64,000 bases of DNA from an uncultured delta proteobacterium (lineage in GTDB: Bacteria > Desulfobacterota > WTBG01). Position numbers and translations under genes: made by a program. The stretch lies in NCBI GenBank assembly GCA_963793865.1, contig CAWCBP010000008.1, positions 673,755 to 737,754 of the forward strand, given 5' to 3'. The notes beneath the pieces are model-generated. The model was not told where the DNA came from. It worked only from the letters and a program-made list of their open reading frames with translations, and did not search any database. This document shows, in pieces, positions 1 through 9,261 of the stretch (positions are counted from its first letter, which is position 1; every line of letters starts with the position of its first letter).

Positions 1-2
1 AC

Positions 3-170
3 CTCCCCATGCTTGAGCAGGTTGATTATCCTTTCCTGGTTCAAAAACCTGACGGAAGCTATGAGCCGGGGATTGACATTGCAAATCTCATCAAGGCCGG
101 GGACATCGGACCGGCAGGGTGGACAAAGGCCATCGGCAGGGCGCTTACAATGAGCGAGGGAAGAGGGTAG
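3..170 (+). CDS. C-terminal end of a HAD-family phosphatase (mannosyl-3-phosphoglycerate phosphatase-like), partial at window edge
   Basis: Not in the ORF track. Frame 3 reads LPMLEQVDYPFLVQKPDG...GDIGPAGWTKAI, then TAG at 168-170, matching the typical MPGP C-terminus (xPML..VD.P.LV.KP ... GP.GW). Confidence 0.65.
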   Translation, partial: LPMLEQVDYPFLVQKPDGSYEPGIDIANLIKAGDIGPAGWTKAIGRALTMSEGRG

Positions 171-419
171 AGGCTGGAGGCAGGATACAGAGACGAGTGG
201 AAATGTCAACATCCGAAATCCCGGACGGGCAGAACAAGGGGTTAGGGTGCAGCCTGAACCGGGCAGGCGCAACCGAATACCAAATTCATAATCCAATGTT
301 AGGATTCCCAACGTGTCGTCAGAGAAGTTTTGGCTTATAGCATCACGATGGAGGGACGCGCTCCGTCGCGTCCGAATTGTCATCGGTGGCCGCGACAGGA
401 GTATGAATCCATCACCTGT

Positions 420-2684
420 CTAAGGTGCCGCGACGATGAAGCCTTCCCAGATCACTTCACCGGTGCGGTTTTTTGCATCAGTCACTGTGCAGCGAATTGC
501 ATAAGCACCCTCATCCCCGCTTGAACTTTTCCAGGTCCAGGTCTCCCCGGACTCTCCCGCCTCAGACCAGGAGTCATCCCCCGCCTTCCTGAGAGACCAC
601 TGGTAGCCGTAGTCCGGCTTTCCGCTGACCACATGCGCCTGGAAGGTGACACTCTCACCCGCCCGGATGCTTTTCCGCTCCCCGTTACTGAGAGACACCA
701 GAGGGTTAAGTGCGGCATTCAGCACGTGCCTGGCCAGCAGTTCTCCCACCCGCGCATCGGCATTAGGCGGCCGGTACATTTCCCAGGTGCCGGTGTATTG
801 GTCCTGCACCGGCATGTCCGGATCAGGATCGCCCATGGCCGGGTCATATCCCGCGTGTCCATACTCGCTCATATCAAAGCAAAGGTGTGGATCAAGATCA
901 CTCATTTTCGCATTGATGGGCGTTTGCCGGGGCGGCGGGTAGGGCCTCAAGGGATCACTGCATCCCTCCATCTGAAAACAGCACTCAGGCTTTGAAGTCA
1001 TGATGGCTGATCCCATCGCCGAAGCACTGCCCTCCCTGTTGTCTGTCAGCAGCTCACCATCCTCAAAGGTACCCGAGACATCTTTCAAGGTGAGGGTGCC
1101 GGAGCTGACAGTCCCGCTCAACCACTTAATGACCGCTGTCGCGCCGGATGTCTGCCCGGTGAGCGTTATGCCGGGCGTGAATGATGCGATACCATTTCCA
1201 TAGCCGAGCTCCCATTCTCCGCAATCGGTATCCACCCAGTTTCCCCAGTAATCCGCGAACGGATGTCCCACACCCGGATAGGTATGGTAATCAAAGATTC
1301 CCCATTTGATCCAGTTCTTGTAGCCGAGTTCTCTGCCGCCCACCTGGTTAAAGACCTCAATCAGGTTGAGGGCCGTATCGGTAGTTACCTGGGGAAAGCC
1401 GATGGCAATGTGTTTTACCCCCCGGTTTTTCAGATATTCAAGGGCATCCCAGTATCGGTATCCCCACTCCTCACCGGGCAGTATTTTGTCACTCTCATAA
1501 AGCCAGGCATGCCCGTATGACTCGCCACGCATGTCCCGGTTCCGTTCCTCGAGGCCGTTTTCGGGATTGATCTCCTGGATGCCTCCGTAGGCCCCGATTA
1601 TGTTTTCTGCATCCATGGAAGGATGACGCTCCAGCAAAAGCTTCTTGATGGATTTATTGATAATGAGGGTGTCGTCAACCTTGGGATCAAAGACCTCGTT
1701 GTGATCGTGAAGGGCATGGTTGAAGATTACAACCCCCGTATCCGCGTCAGGTGCGTTTTCGGAGAAGGCTGCCTCGATTGCTTCGGTGTTGAGTATGGCA
1801 ACCACAGGATCGGAAGCGACAGGGTTGGGGCTTCCATTCAGCAGTGCGGAGGTGTCAACCGCCGGCCGGCCCAGTGTGCGTGTCCAGCCGGCAGGTTCTG
1901 CCGGGTAGGACCGCTCCATCAGGTTGCTGTAGTCATTGACCCAGAGAAGAGGAACATCCGTGCCGTGTGCTTCATTCCATGCGTCAAGGGCGCGCCTGGT
2001 CATTTCGACCACATCGTAGGATTTTGAAAACCGGGGTCCACCCACCGTCCAGTCAATCATGATGATGCGTGTAGCGCCCTTCTTAAGAAGCCGCTCCACC
2101 GGTCCGTCTACGTTATATCGTTCGGGGTCGCAATCAGGCCAGGGGCCATCCGGCTCCCCCTCGCCGCAGTACGTGCAGTTTTCACCCGCGTCAGGCCCGT
2201 CAGGGCCATGGTAAATGAAGCGCGGATAGGCATAGTGGTCTATTCTGTCCGCTGCCATGTATCCCGCCCAGTCCACCTCGAAGGTGAGCCCGTACTGCCT
2301 GCCCTGCTCATCCAGCACCGCCTTCATGTCCGCGAGCTGCTGATCTGATATGGCCTGGTAGGGATCGGTGCCGCCGATCCGCTCATACTCAAATTCGTAC
2401 ATCCTCAGAAACCTGACCGCGAAGTCAGTGGTGGTGGTATCCAGCACCATCGGCCAGTTCGCGGGATTCCAGATGACCAGCTTGTACACCGAGTGATTGG
2501 GATCATAGGAAAATTGGTGAACGGAAGCATCCCACAAATGAAGAGGCTTGTTGACAGACATGCCTCCGTGGATGACGTAAACCACCCCGATGGTTTCGCC
2601 GGCGGGACGGCATGCATGCAGTATGAGAAGGAATGATGCGACCACAAGCGCTGCTCTGCAATAACATTTTCTCACCCCGGTCAT
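420..2684 (-). CDS. Secreted or lipoprotein ferrochelatase-like (class II chelatase fold) protein with a beta-rich insert and a C-terminal Ig/PKD-like domain
   Basis: 754 aa. Signal peptide (LLILHAC, possible lipobox). Motifs YERIGGTDP, LLKKGATRII..PRFS, VIFNHAL and GVKHIAIGFPQVTTD parallel HemH. C-terminus GESVTF..YQWS..GAYAIRCTVTD is Ig-like. Confidence 0.6.
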   Translation of the reverse strand: MTGVRKCYCRAALVVASFLLILHACRPAGETIGVVYVIHGGMSVNKPLHLWDASVHQFSYDPNHSVYKLVIWNPANWPMVLDTTTTDFAVRFLRMYEFEYERIGGTDPYQAISDQQLADMKAVLDEQGRQYGLTFEVDWAGYMAADRIDHYAYPRFIYHGPDGPDAGENCTYCGEGEPDGPWPDCDPERYNVDGPVERLLKKGATRIIMIDWTVGGPRFSKSYDVVEMTRRALDAWNEAHGTDVPLLWVNDYSNLMERSYPAEPAGWTRTLGRPAVDTSALLNGSPNPVASDPVVAILNTEAIEAAFSENAPDADTGVVIFNHALHDHNEVFDPKVDDTLIINKSIKKLLLERHPSMDAENIIGAYGGIQEINPENGLEERNRDMRGESYGHAWLYESDKILPGEEWGYRYWDALEYLKNRGVKHIAIGFPQVTTDTALNLIEVFNQVGGRELGYKNWIKWGIFDYHTYPGVGHPFADYWGNWVDTDCGEWELGYGNGIASFTPGITLTGQTSGATAVIKWLSGTVSSGTLTLKDVSGTFEDGELLTDNREGSASAMGSAIMTSKPECCFQMEGCSDPLRPYPPPRQTPINAKMSDLDPHLCFDMSEYGHAGYDPAMGDPDPDMPVQDQYTGTWEMYRPPNADARVGELLARHVLNAALNPLVSLSNGERKSIRAGESVTFQAHVVSGKPDYGYQWSLRKAGDDSWSEAGESGETWTWKSSSGDEGAYAIRCTVTDAKNRTGEVIWEGFIVAAP

Positions 2685-2906
2685 AATCGTCTCCTGTGCA
2701 TGGCATTTTTTTATGTTCTGGTTACACTATAACAGGATTTTGTAAGAATGCCAGTCATACCTGCATACAATGAATATAGATGCGTTGGAAAAAATATCGG
2801 GGCATGCGTTGCTTCGGGGGAATTAGTCCTTTGCACACTGTGTATTCCATGATATGTTTTCTCAGATACGGAAGAACGTTTCACATATTATCCAGGAGGT
2901 GTCGAA

Positions 2907-3449
2907 ATGGCAGTGCGTGAAATTACCTATGAGGAACGGGATGCGATGTATGACAAGGCGCTGGAAACGATGGGCATCGAGCGGAGGCGTCCCTCCCGGG
3001 AGGAACTGGAAAAAGAGATAATCGACTATCTGGGCAAGAAGCAGCCCTGCACCCTTGCGACCTGCGGCAGCGACGGATGGCCGCGCGTGTCAGTGGTCGA
3101 TTATGTTAATGACGGCCTTGCCATTTATATCTTCAGCGAGGGCGGCGACAAGTTTAAAAACTTAAGAGAGAACAACCGGGTCGGCATCGGCATCGGTACC
3201 GGTTCAAAGGCCATGAAAACGCGGGGCATTAACATCTGGGGCATCGCGGAGGTGTTTGATGACGAATCCCCCGAATTTGCCGGCGGCCTTGAGATCATCA
3301 GACCCATTATCGCGGACATTGAGAAGGCGACCGGCAGATCTTTTGTTTTTCCGAAAGGCATTCTCCGGCTTATCCGCATCAGGCCGGTGAGAATGGTCTA
3401 CCACCATACCGTCAAAGGCATCAAGCATGCGGTGTGGGAGGCAGAATAG
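2907..3449 (+). CDS. Pyridoxamine 5'-phosphate oxidase family (FMN-binding split barrel) protein
   Basis: CTLATCGSDGWPRVSVV, KFKNLRENNRV; RBS AGGAGG. Confidence 0.85.
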   Translation: MAVREITYEERDAMYDKALETMGIERRRPSREELEKEIIDYLGKKQPCTLATCGSDGWPRVSVVDYVNDGLAIYIFSEGGDKFKNLRENNRVGIGIGTGSKAMKTRGINIWGIAEVFDDESPEFAGGLEIIRPIIADIEKATGRSFVFPKGILRLIRIRPVRMVYHHTVKGIKHAVWEAE

Positions 3450-3500
3450 CAAGTTGCGGTGAGGGGCAATAATCATACAATCCTGGTTAGAGGGTGCTAC

Positions 3501-4319
3501 ATGACGTTTGAAGAAAAGGTGGTGAAGGTAGACGGTATCGCGGTGGAGGTGTTCACTCCGGAACGGGAACAGCATCCCGTTCCCATCCTTTTTGTCCATG
3601 GCTCGAGCTGCGGAAGCTGGCTGTGGCGGAACTTCATGAATTACTTTTCCTCCCGGGGCTGGACCTGCTACGCGCTTAATCTCCGCGGCCATTACTTGAG
3701 TGACCCGGTTGAAGATTGGGGTGCGGTTGGTGTCGAGGCCTATCTTGAAGATGTCGATAAAGTTATCGGGTGGATCGGCAGGGACCTCATGCTCATCGGC
3801 CATAGCATGGGCGGTGTGCTTGCGCAGAAACAGGCTGAGAGGAAGAATCCCCGCGCGCTCGTGCTCCTTCACACCGGGGCTCCCGCATCGGCTCTGCAGG
3901 AGATCGATTTTAATGCCTTCCTGAAGCGGGGAAAAGAGCAGGGGCGGGTCACAAAGAACAAGGTGGTTGAGTCGGACAGTGACCCGCAGAAACTCATCGG
4001 CTACATGTTTGACCCCGGGAACGTTGAGCAGGAGGTTCTGCTGGCGTGTCACCGGAGCATGGGAAAGGAATCCGCGCGGGCGCTTAAGGAAATGCAGGCG
4101 GTTGAAGTGGACGCAGGGAAGATAAACTGTCCGGTATATGTGCTCGGCTTTGATCTGAAAAAGATCGGGCTTCACTATCCGGTCGATCTGAACCAGATCC
4201 TTGCCCGGTATTACAATGCGAGGGATTTACAGATTATTGAGCCCGGCGGCCACCTGTTCATGATTGAAAAAAACTGGGAGGTGTTTGCCCGGCTGGTAGA
4301 GGGATGGCTCAGCGACTGA
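3501..4319 (+). CDS. Alpha/beta fold hydrolase
   Basis: LFVHG, GHSMGG nucleophile elbow, C-terminal GGHLFM. ATG at 3501 preferred over the upstream GTG. Confidence 0.85.
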   Translation: MTFEEKVVKVDGIAVEVFTPEREQHPVPILFVHGSSCGSWLWRNFMNYFSSRGWTCYALNLRGHYLSDPVEDWGAVGVEAYLEDVDKVIGWIGRDLMLIGHSMGGVLAQKQAERKNPRALVLLHTGAPASALQEIDFNAFLKRGKEQGRVTKNKVVESDSDPQKLIGYMFDPGNVEQEVLLACHRSMGKESARALKEMQAVEVDAGKINCPVYVLGFDLKKIGLHYPVDLNQILARYYNARDLQIIEPGGHLFMIEKNWEVFARLVEGWLSD

Positions 4320-4418
4320 CCCTTGCTGCTTACCGCGTATACATCCGGGTGCCTGAAAGTGCGTTTATGATCCCCGGCAGAGCCTCGGCGTGTTCTGGTA
4401 CCTGTTTATAGAAAAAAC

Positions 4419-5909
4419 ATGAAAACAGTCGTCATTATCGGTGCCGGCATGGGCGGCCTGGCCGCGGCGCTTCGGTTGCGGCACATGGGGTTCGATGTTA
4501 CCGTTATCGAAAAGCAGAACATGCCGGGCGGGCGGAGCAACCTGCTCAAGGAACATGGCTTCCGGATTGACATCGGGCCGACCATCCTGGTGATGAAAGA
4601 AACCTTCGATGAGACCTACAGGGCCATCGGTCAGGACCTGAACCGGCGCGTCAGGTTCGTGCAGCTTGATCCCAACTACCGCATTTACTACCATGACGGA
4701 ACGCACCTCGATCTGTACAACAGCATGTCCGGGCTGGCGGCTGAGTGCGAGAGGGTTGAGAAAGGCGTTACCACCCGGCTGTTCACCTTTATCGGTGAAA
4801 GCGCCCGCAAGTACGAGCTGGGCATGGAGTTTGTGGCCAGAAACTACGACCGCATCACCGACCTCGCCAATCCCACCGCCGCGTGGCGCATGCTTCGAAC
4901 CGGCGCCTATCGTAACCTTTACACCCAGGTGGGCACCTATTTCAAGACCGACAAGCTGCGCAAGGCTTTCTCCTTTCACTCCATGTTCCTGGGGCTGTCA
5001 CCCTTTGACGCGCCGGCAATGTACAGCCTCCTCACCTATGCCGACCTGGTGGAGGGAATGTTTTTTCCCATGGGCGGCATCTACAGCATTATCGAAGACA
5101 TGGTGGCGCTGGCAGGAGAGATGGGTGTGACCCTGCGAACGGGAACGCCGGTGGAGGAAATTCTGATCCGCAGGGGCAGGACGCGCGGGGTTCGTCTGGC
5201 CGGCGGTGAAGAGGTGCCGGCGGACATCGTGGTTTCCAATGCCGATCTGGTATATACCTACAAAAGGCTGGTGCCGGCACAATTCCGAAAGCACTACCCC
5301 GACAGCAGGCTCAACCGCATGAGCTACGCCTGTTCCGGCTACATACTCTACCTGGGCATTGACAGGGTCTATCCCCACCTGCGGCATCAGGCGATCTGCT
5401 TCGCGGAGGACTACAGGGCCAATCTTGATTCCGTCTTTCGAACCGGCACATTGCCTGAAGATCCCTCGTTCCATCTCAGCTACCCCGTGGCAACCGATCC
5501 CGGTCTTGCTCCGCCCGGGCACAGCATTCTCTACCTGCTTGCCCCCATGCCCAATCTCCGCAGCGCGCTCGACTGGGATGAAGCCGCGCCGATAGTCCGG
5601 GAAAAGCTGCTCACGCGGCTGGAGGAACTGGTTGACCCGGACATCCGCCGCCGCGTCGTCTGGGAACGGGAGTACCGGCCGGTCGACTGGGAGAGGGATG
5701 TCAACGCGCCCTTTGGTGCGGCCTTCGGTTCTCTCGCACACTCCTTTTTTCAATCATCCTACTTCCGGCCGCACAATGTCGCTCGCGACATCCCCGGGCT
5801 CTATTTTGTGGGCCAGGCCACCTATCCCGGCATCGGCATGCCCATGGTGATGCTTTCTGCGCGGCTCCTGACGGAACGGCTGGGAAAGGACGAGGGACTG
5901 ATTCCGTGA
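4419..5909 (+). CDS. crtI: Phytoene desaturase family protein
   Basis: GAGMGG FAD-binding motif, PGGR, DIGPT, GMFFPMGG, C-terminal FRPHN..LYFVG..TYPGIGMPMVMLS. Confidence 0.88.
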   Translation: MKTVVIIGAGMGGLAAALRLRHMGFDVTVIEKQNMPGGRSNLLKEHGFRIDIGPTILVMKETFDETYRAIGQDLNRRVRFVQLDPNYRIYYHDGTHLDLYNSMSGLAAECERVEKGVTTRLFTFIGESARKYELGMEFVARNYDRITDLANPTAAWRMLRTGAYRNLYTQVGTYFKTDKLRKAFSFHSMFLGLSPFDAPAMYSLLTYADLVEGMFFPMGGIYSIIEDMVALAGEMGVTLRTGTPVEEILIRRGRTRGVRLAGGEEVPADIVVSNADLVYTYKRLVPAQFRKHYPDSRLNRMSYACSGYILYLGIDRVYPHLRHQAICFAEDYRANLDSVFRTGTLPEDPSFHLSYPVATDPGLAPPGHSILYLLAPMPNLRSALDWDEAAPIVREKLLTRLEELVDPDIRRRVVWEREYRPVDWERDVNAPFGAAFGSLAHSFFQSSYFRPHNVARDIPGLYFVGQATYPGIGMPMVMLSARLLTERLGKDEGLIP

Positions 5910-5937
5910 CAGCATCCCGGACAGGAGGACGCACCCC

Positions 5938-6834
5938 ATGAAATACGCCGACATCCCGCCCCTGGCTACCCCTGCGGACTACGCCGAGTGCAGGCGGGTC
6001 ATGTTCGCCGCCAGCAGGAACTATTCTTTTGCCGGCCGCTTTTTCCAGCGAAAGATTCTTCACCACGTGGAGGCTCTCTATGCGTTCTTGCGTATCGGCG
6101 ACGACCGGGTGGATGAGTTGCATCAGGGGTTTCAATCGCGCAGCGCCGCCATCGAAGACTGGGAGGAGACCTACCGGCAGGCATTTGTAAACCGGCAGAG
6201 CAGCCACCCGGTCATGCGGGCCTACCTGAACACGGCCCTGGAATGCGGCATTCCGCCGGAGACCATGGTTCCCTATTTCCGCTCTATGCGCGAGGACCTG
6301 ACCATCACCCGCTACGAGACATTCGACAAGCTCATGCGTTATATGGAGGGCAGTGCGATTGCGGTCGGCCGCGCCATGACCCGCATCCTGGGGGTGAGAC
6401 CTCCGTGCTCTTTCGAAGCGATCGTTCCCCGCGCCGACAGCCTCTCGGTGGCCATGCAGCTCAGCAACTTCCTGCGTGACGTCGGGCAGGACTGGCACAG
6501 GGGTCGCGTCTATCTTCCCGGAGAGGATCTGGCACGATTCGGAGTGACCGAGAATGACCTTGCGGCCGGCCGGGTGACGGCAAATTTTATTGCACTGATG
6601 GAATTTGAAATTGAGCGGGCCGAGGGGTATTACCGGCATGCGGTGGACGGGGTGCTCAGGCTGCGAAATGGCAGGTGGGGCATAATGGCCGGGTTTGAAG
6701 TCTATCGCAGCATCCATGCCTCAATCCGCCGCAGCAACTACGACGTCTTTACCCGTCATGCCGGCACCACCGGGGCAGAAAAACTGTTGCTGGCACTGCG
6801 GGCGTGGTTGCGGGTCTACGTATTGAAGAGGTAG
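5938..6834 (+). CDS. crtB: Phytoene/squalene synthase family protein
   Basis: LYAFLRIGDDRVDE and MQLSNFLRDVGQD..GRVYLP motifs; lies directly after crtI. Confidence 0.88.
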   Translation: MKYADIPPLATPADYAECRRVMFAASRNYSFAGRFFQRKILHHVEALYAFLRIGDDRVDELHQGFQSRSAAIEDWEETYRQAFVNRQSSHPVMRAYLNTALECGIPPETMVPYFRSMREDLTITRYETFDKLMRYMEGSAIAVGRAMTRILGVRPPCSFEAIVPRADSLSVAMQLSNFLRDVGQDWHRGRVYLPGEDLARFGVTENDLAAGRVTANFIALMEFEIERAEGYYRHAVDGVLRLRNGRWGIMAGFEVYRSIHASIRRSNYDVFTRHAGTTGAEKLLLALRAWLRVYVLKR

Positions 6835-6876
6835 CTAAGCGGCTCAACCGGCCCACCGTCCACCGGGATTTACATT

Positions 6877-6905
6877 TTGACAATGCTCTGTACATATATT
6901 ATAAA
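6877..6905 (+). promoter_or_regulatory. Sigma70-like promoter
   Basis: TTGACA-17 bp-TATAAA upstream of the DUF1295 gene. Confidence 0.5.
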
Positions 6906-7039
6906 GGAAAAAATGAACCAAGAGAAAAAACAAACAGAGGTGGGGAACCCTACCGAGCGCGGGGATTATGCAGCCCTACCAGGGATTTTTCATCGATAAG
7001 AGGATCGGTTTCTCTAATTATTTATAAAGGAGGAGTGAT

Positions 7040-7834
7040 ATGATTTACAGCCTGTACGTTGTCGCTGTCGTGATTACCGCGGTGGGGTTCTACAGATTTG
7101 TTTATTTCCTTTCCTCGGGCTACGCGTTTGCCGTTTTGGGATTGGCCGTTGCCCTGATGATCGGTTACAGCGGTTCCCTTACGGCTCCGGTTTTTATCCT
7201 GCTTTTCTTCATTGCCCTTTACGCGGCCCGGCTGGGGTTTTTTATTGTCTTCCGTGAGCTTCAGAGCGGCGCCTACCGCAAGGTTTTAGACGAGGCCTCA
7301 ACCGGTTATAACAAGATCCCGTTTTTTGTTAAAATCTTCGTCTGGCTTTTTGTCAGCCTGCAGTATGTAATGCAGATGTCCCCTGTCTTCTTCAGATTGA
7401 AGAACGGAATGCAGGCAGCGCACCCGGGATGGCTGTATGCAGGTATTATTCTGGTTGCCGGTGGATTTATCATGCAGACCGTTGCCGACAGGCAAAAGGA
7501 CGCGGCGAAAAAAGTGAACCCCAAGACATTTTGCAGAGAGGGGCTTTTCAAAATGGTGCGCTGTCCCAATTATTTCGGAGAAATCCTGGTCTGGACCGGT
7601 GTTCTGGCGTCATCGCTTCCCTGCCTGACCGGATGGTTCCAGGTTGTTTTTGCGCTTGTGGGTTACATGCTCATCGTCTATGTCATGTTCGGTTCAACGC
7701 GCAGAATTGAACTACGCCAGAACAAAAATTACGGATCGGATCCAGCCTACCAGGCGTACGTGAAGAAGACGCCGGTGCTGATCCCTTTCATCCCCATTTA
7801 TTCCGTTGTGCCGTATAAGTGGATTAAAGGCTGA
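7040..7834 (+). CDS. DUF1295 / steroid 5-alpha-reductase-like membrane protein
   Basis: Multiple TM segments; ADRQK, GLFKMVRCPNYFGE, YQAYVKKTP..IP. Confidence 0.85.
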   Translation: MIYSLYVVAVVITAVGFYRFVYFLSSGYAFAVLGLAVALMIGYSGSLTAPVFILLFFIALYAARLGFFIVFRELQSGAYRKVLDEASTGYNKIPFFVKIFVWLFVSLQYVMQMSPVFFRLKNGMQAAHPGWLYAGIILVAGGFIMQTVADRQKDAAKKVNPKTFCREGLFKMVRCPNYFGEILVWTGVLASSLPCLTGWFQVVFALVGYMLIVYVMFGSTRRIELRQNKNYGSDPAYQAYVKKTPVLIPFIPIYSVVPYKWIKG

Positions 7835-7949
7835 TCAGCAGCAGGCAAGCCGCTCTGTAGGGGCAGGCCCCTCTGTGCCTGCCCTTATGATTAGTGTTGG
7901 CTGTGGTCTGCTTCTTTTCTTCTTTTGCTTCGTGGTTACATGTAGTGCT

Positions 7950-8531
7950 TTAGCGGTTGGTCAATTTATCCAGAAACTCCGTTACTACCATTTCATCTGA
8001 TATGACATCGCTGGTTAAGAATCCCTTTTTCACCTTTTCCTGCATCTCATCAATAAATTTCCGGTAGCCTACCTCCTGTATTCGCTCGAGATTTTTAAGG
8101 TTCCAGCCGGCATACCGTCTGGTTATCATCTCGAGGATGGCAGGCGCGCTCATCGGGTCTCCGCCTTTTTCCTTTTCATTCGCGGCGCACGGCAGCCTGT
8201 CGCATTCAGCGCACGTGAGGTATCCTTTTTCCCCGGTGCAGGTTTTCATGGGGCAGCCGGGGTTCCCGCCGCCGGCCAGGCAGCCGGGGCATTTCCTGGC
8301 CTCAGCCAATTGTTTAAGAATGGTTAAAAAATCTTTCATTTTTTCCTGCTCAAGGCCAAGAACAATGGGAGCCACATCCCTGATGTTAAATCCATCGATA
8401 ATCCTGTGAAGCTCCCTGGCCAGTTCTTTACTCCTGCCCAGAAATGGGTCACATGCCCCGCAATAGATTCCGCAGGGGGCAATCAGCCTGGTTTCTTCTT
8501 TTGTTATTTTCTCTTTGTCGAGCGGTTTCAG
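7950..8531 (-). CDS. DUF3795-like Cys-rich protein; frame extends upstream of the track ORF, probable non-canonical CTG start
   Basis: The in-frame upstream extension gives APCGIYCGAC, followed by CPGC..CPMKTC..TCAEC..PC. RBS AAGGGAG lies 6 nt before CTG at 8531. Confidence 0.7.
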   Translation of the reverse strand: MKPLDKEKITKEETRLIAPCGIYCGACDPFLGRSKELARELHRIIDGFNIRDVAPIVLGLEQEKMKDFLTILKQLAEARKCPGCLAGGGNPGCPMKTCTGEKGYLTCAECDRLPCAANEKEKGGDPMSAPAILEMITRRYAGWNLKNLERIQEVGYRKFIDEMQEKVKKGFLTSDVISDEMVVTEFLDKLTNR

Positions 8532-8613
8532 ATCTATCTCCCTTTTGTGCGGTCGCCTGTGCGAAACGCACCTCCGGCATCATTCCGGTAACAGTTTGGC
8601 GCCGGCCGTCTTT

Positions 8614-9021
8614 TCAAAAAGGATAGGGATTCCAATTATCGTCACTCTTGATGAGCAGGCTGAAATCCTTTTCGTCCGTTATCAGGAAGCCGATCCCCAC
8701 CACGGGGAAGGCGATGCCGTCAAAGCCCATGTCGATGACATCACTTGATACTTCCCACTTGAAAAAGCTTACGATATAGAAGTCGCTGTATTCTGAATAC
8801 GGCAACGGCAGGCACAGGAAGGAAATCGCATCGTTACACGCATAGATGTTGTCTTCATAAAATCCGATGCGGTCTGCGCCCTCGATAATCTCATCCTGCA
8901 ACTCCCACAACGTTTCCTCCAGGGTGAAAAAATTAGCAGGTTTGACTTCAGCATGCACAGGGAAGGACAGCACAAAAAACATACCCATAACAGCGCAGGT
9001 CATTAACAGCTTTCTTGTCAT
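8614..9021 (-). CDS. Hypothetical exported protein
   Basis: Signal peptide ending VHA; RBS AAGGAGG. Confidence 0.6.
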   Translation of the reverse strand: MTRKLLMTCAVMGMFFVLSFPVHAEVKPANFFTLEETLWELQDEIIEGADRIGFYEDNIYACNDAISFLCLPLPYSEYSDFYIVSFFKWEVSSDVIDMGFDGIAFPVVGIGFLITDEKDFSLLIKSDDNWNPYPF

Positions 9022-9261
9022 TTTATTTTCCTCCTTTCCATTGTGGTGTGCAGCAGCTTGGCCCGTCCCTTTTCTTCTCTGATGATGAACACTGTTTCAT
9101 CACGCATAATCTTCAGGGGACGCGAGACCAATACTCATATAGATAAAAACAAAACCCGGGGTAAAAATCAAGGCAAATCATGGACCGTTGATTTCTTCGT
9201 GCTCTCCTTCTTTTCTCTTCGTGTGCTTCGTGGTTGGGTGTTCAGGAGAGAGGGGCATGCT

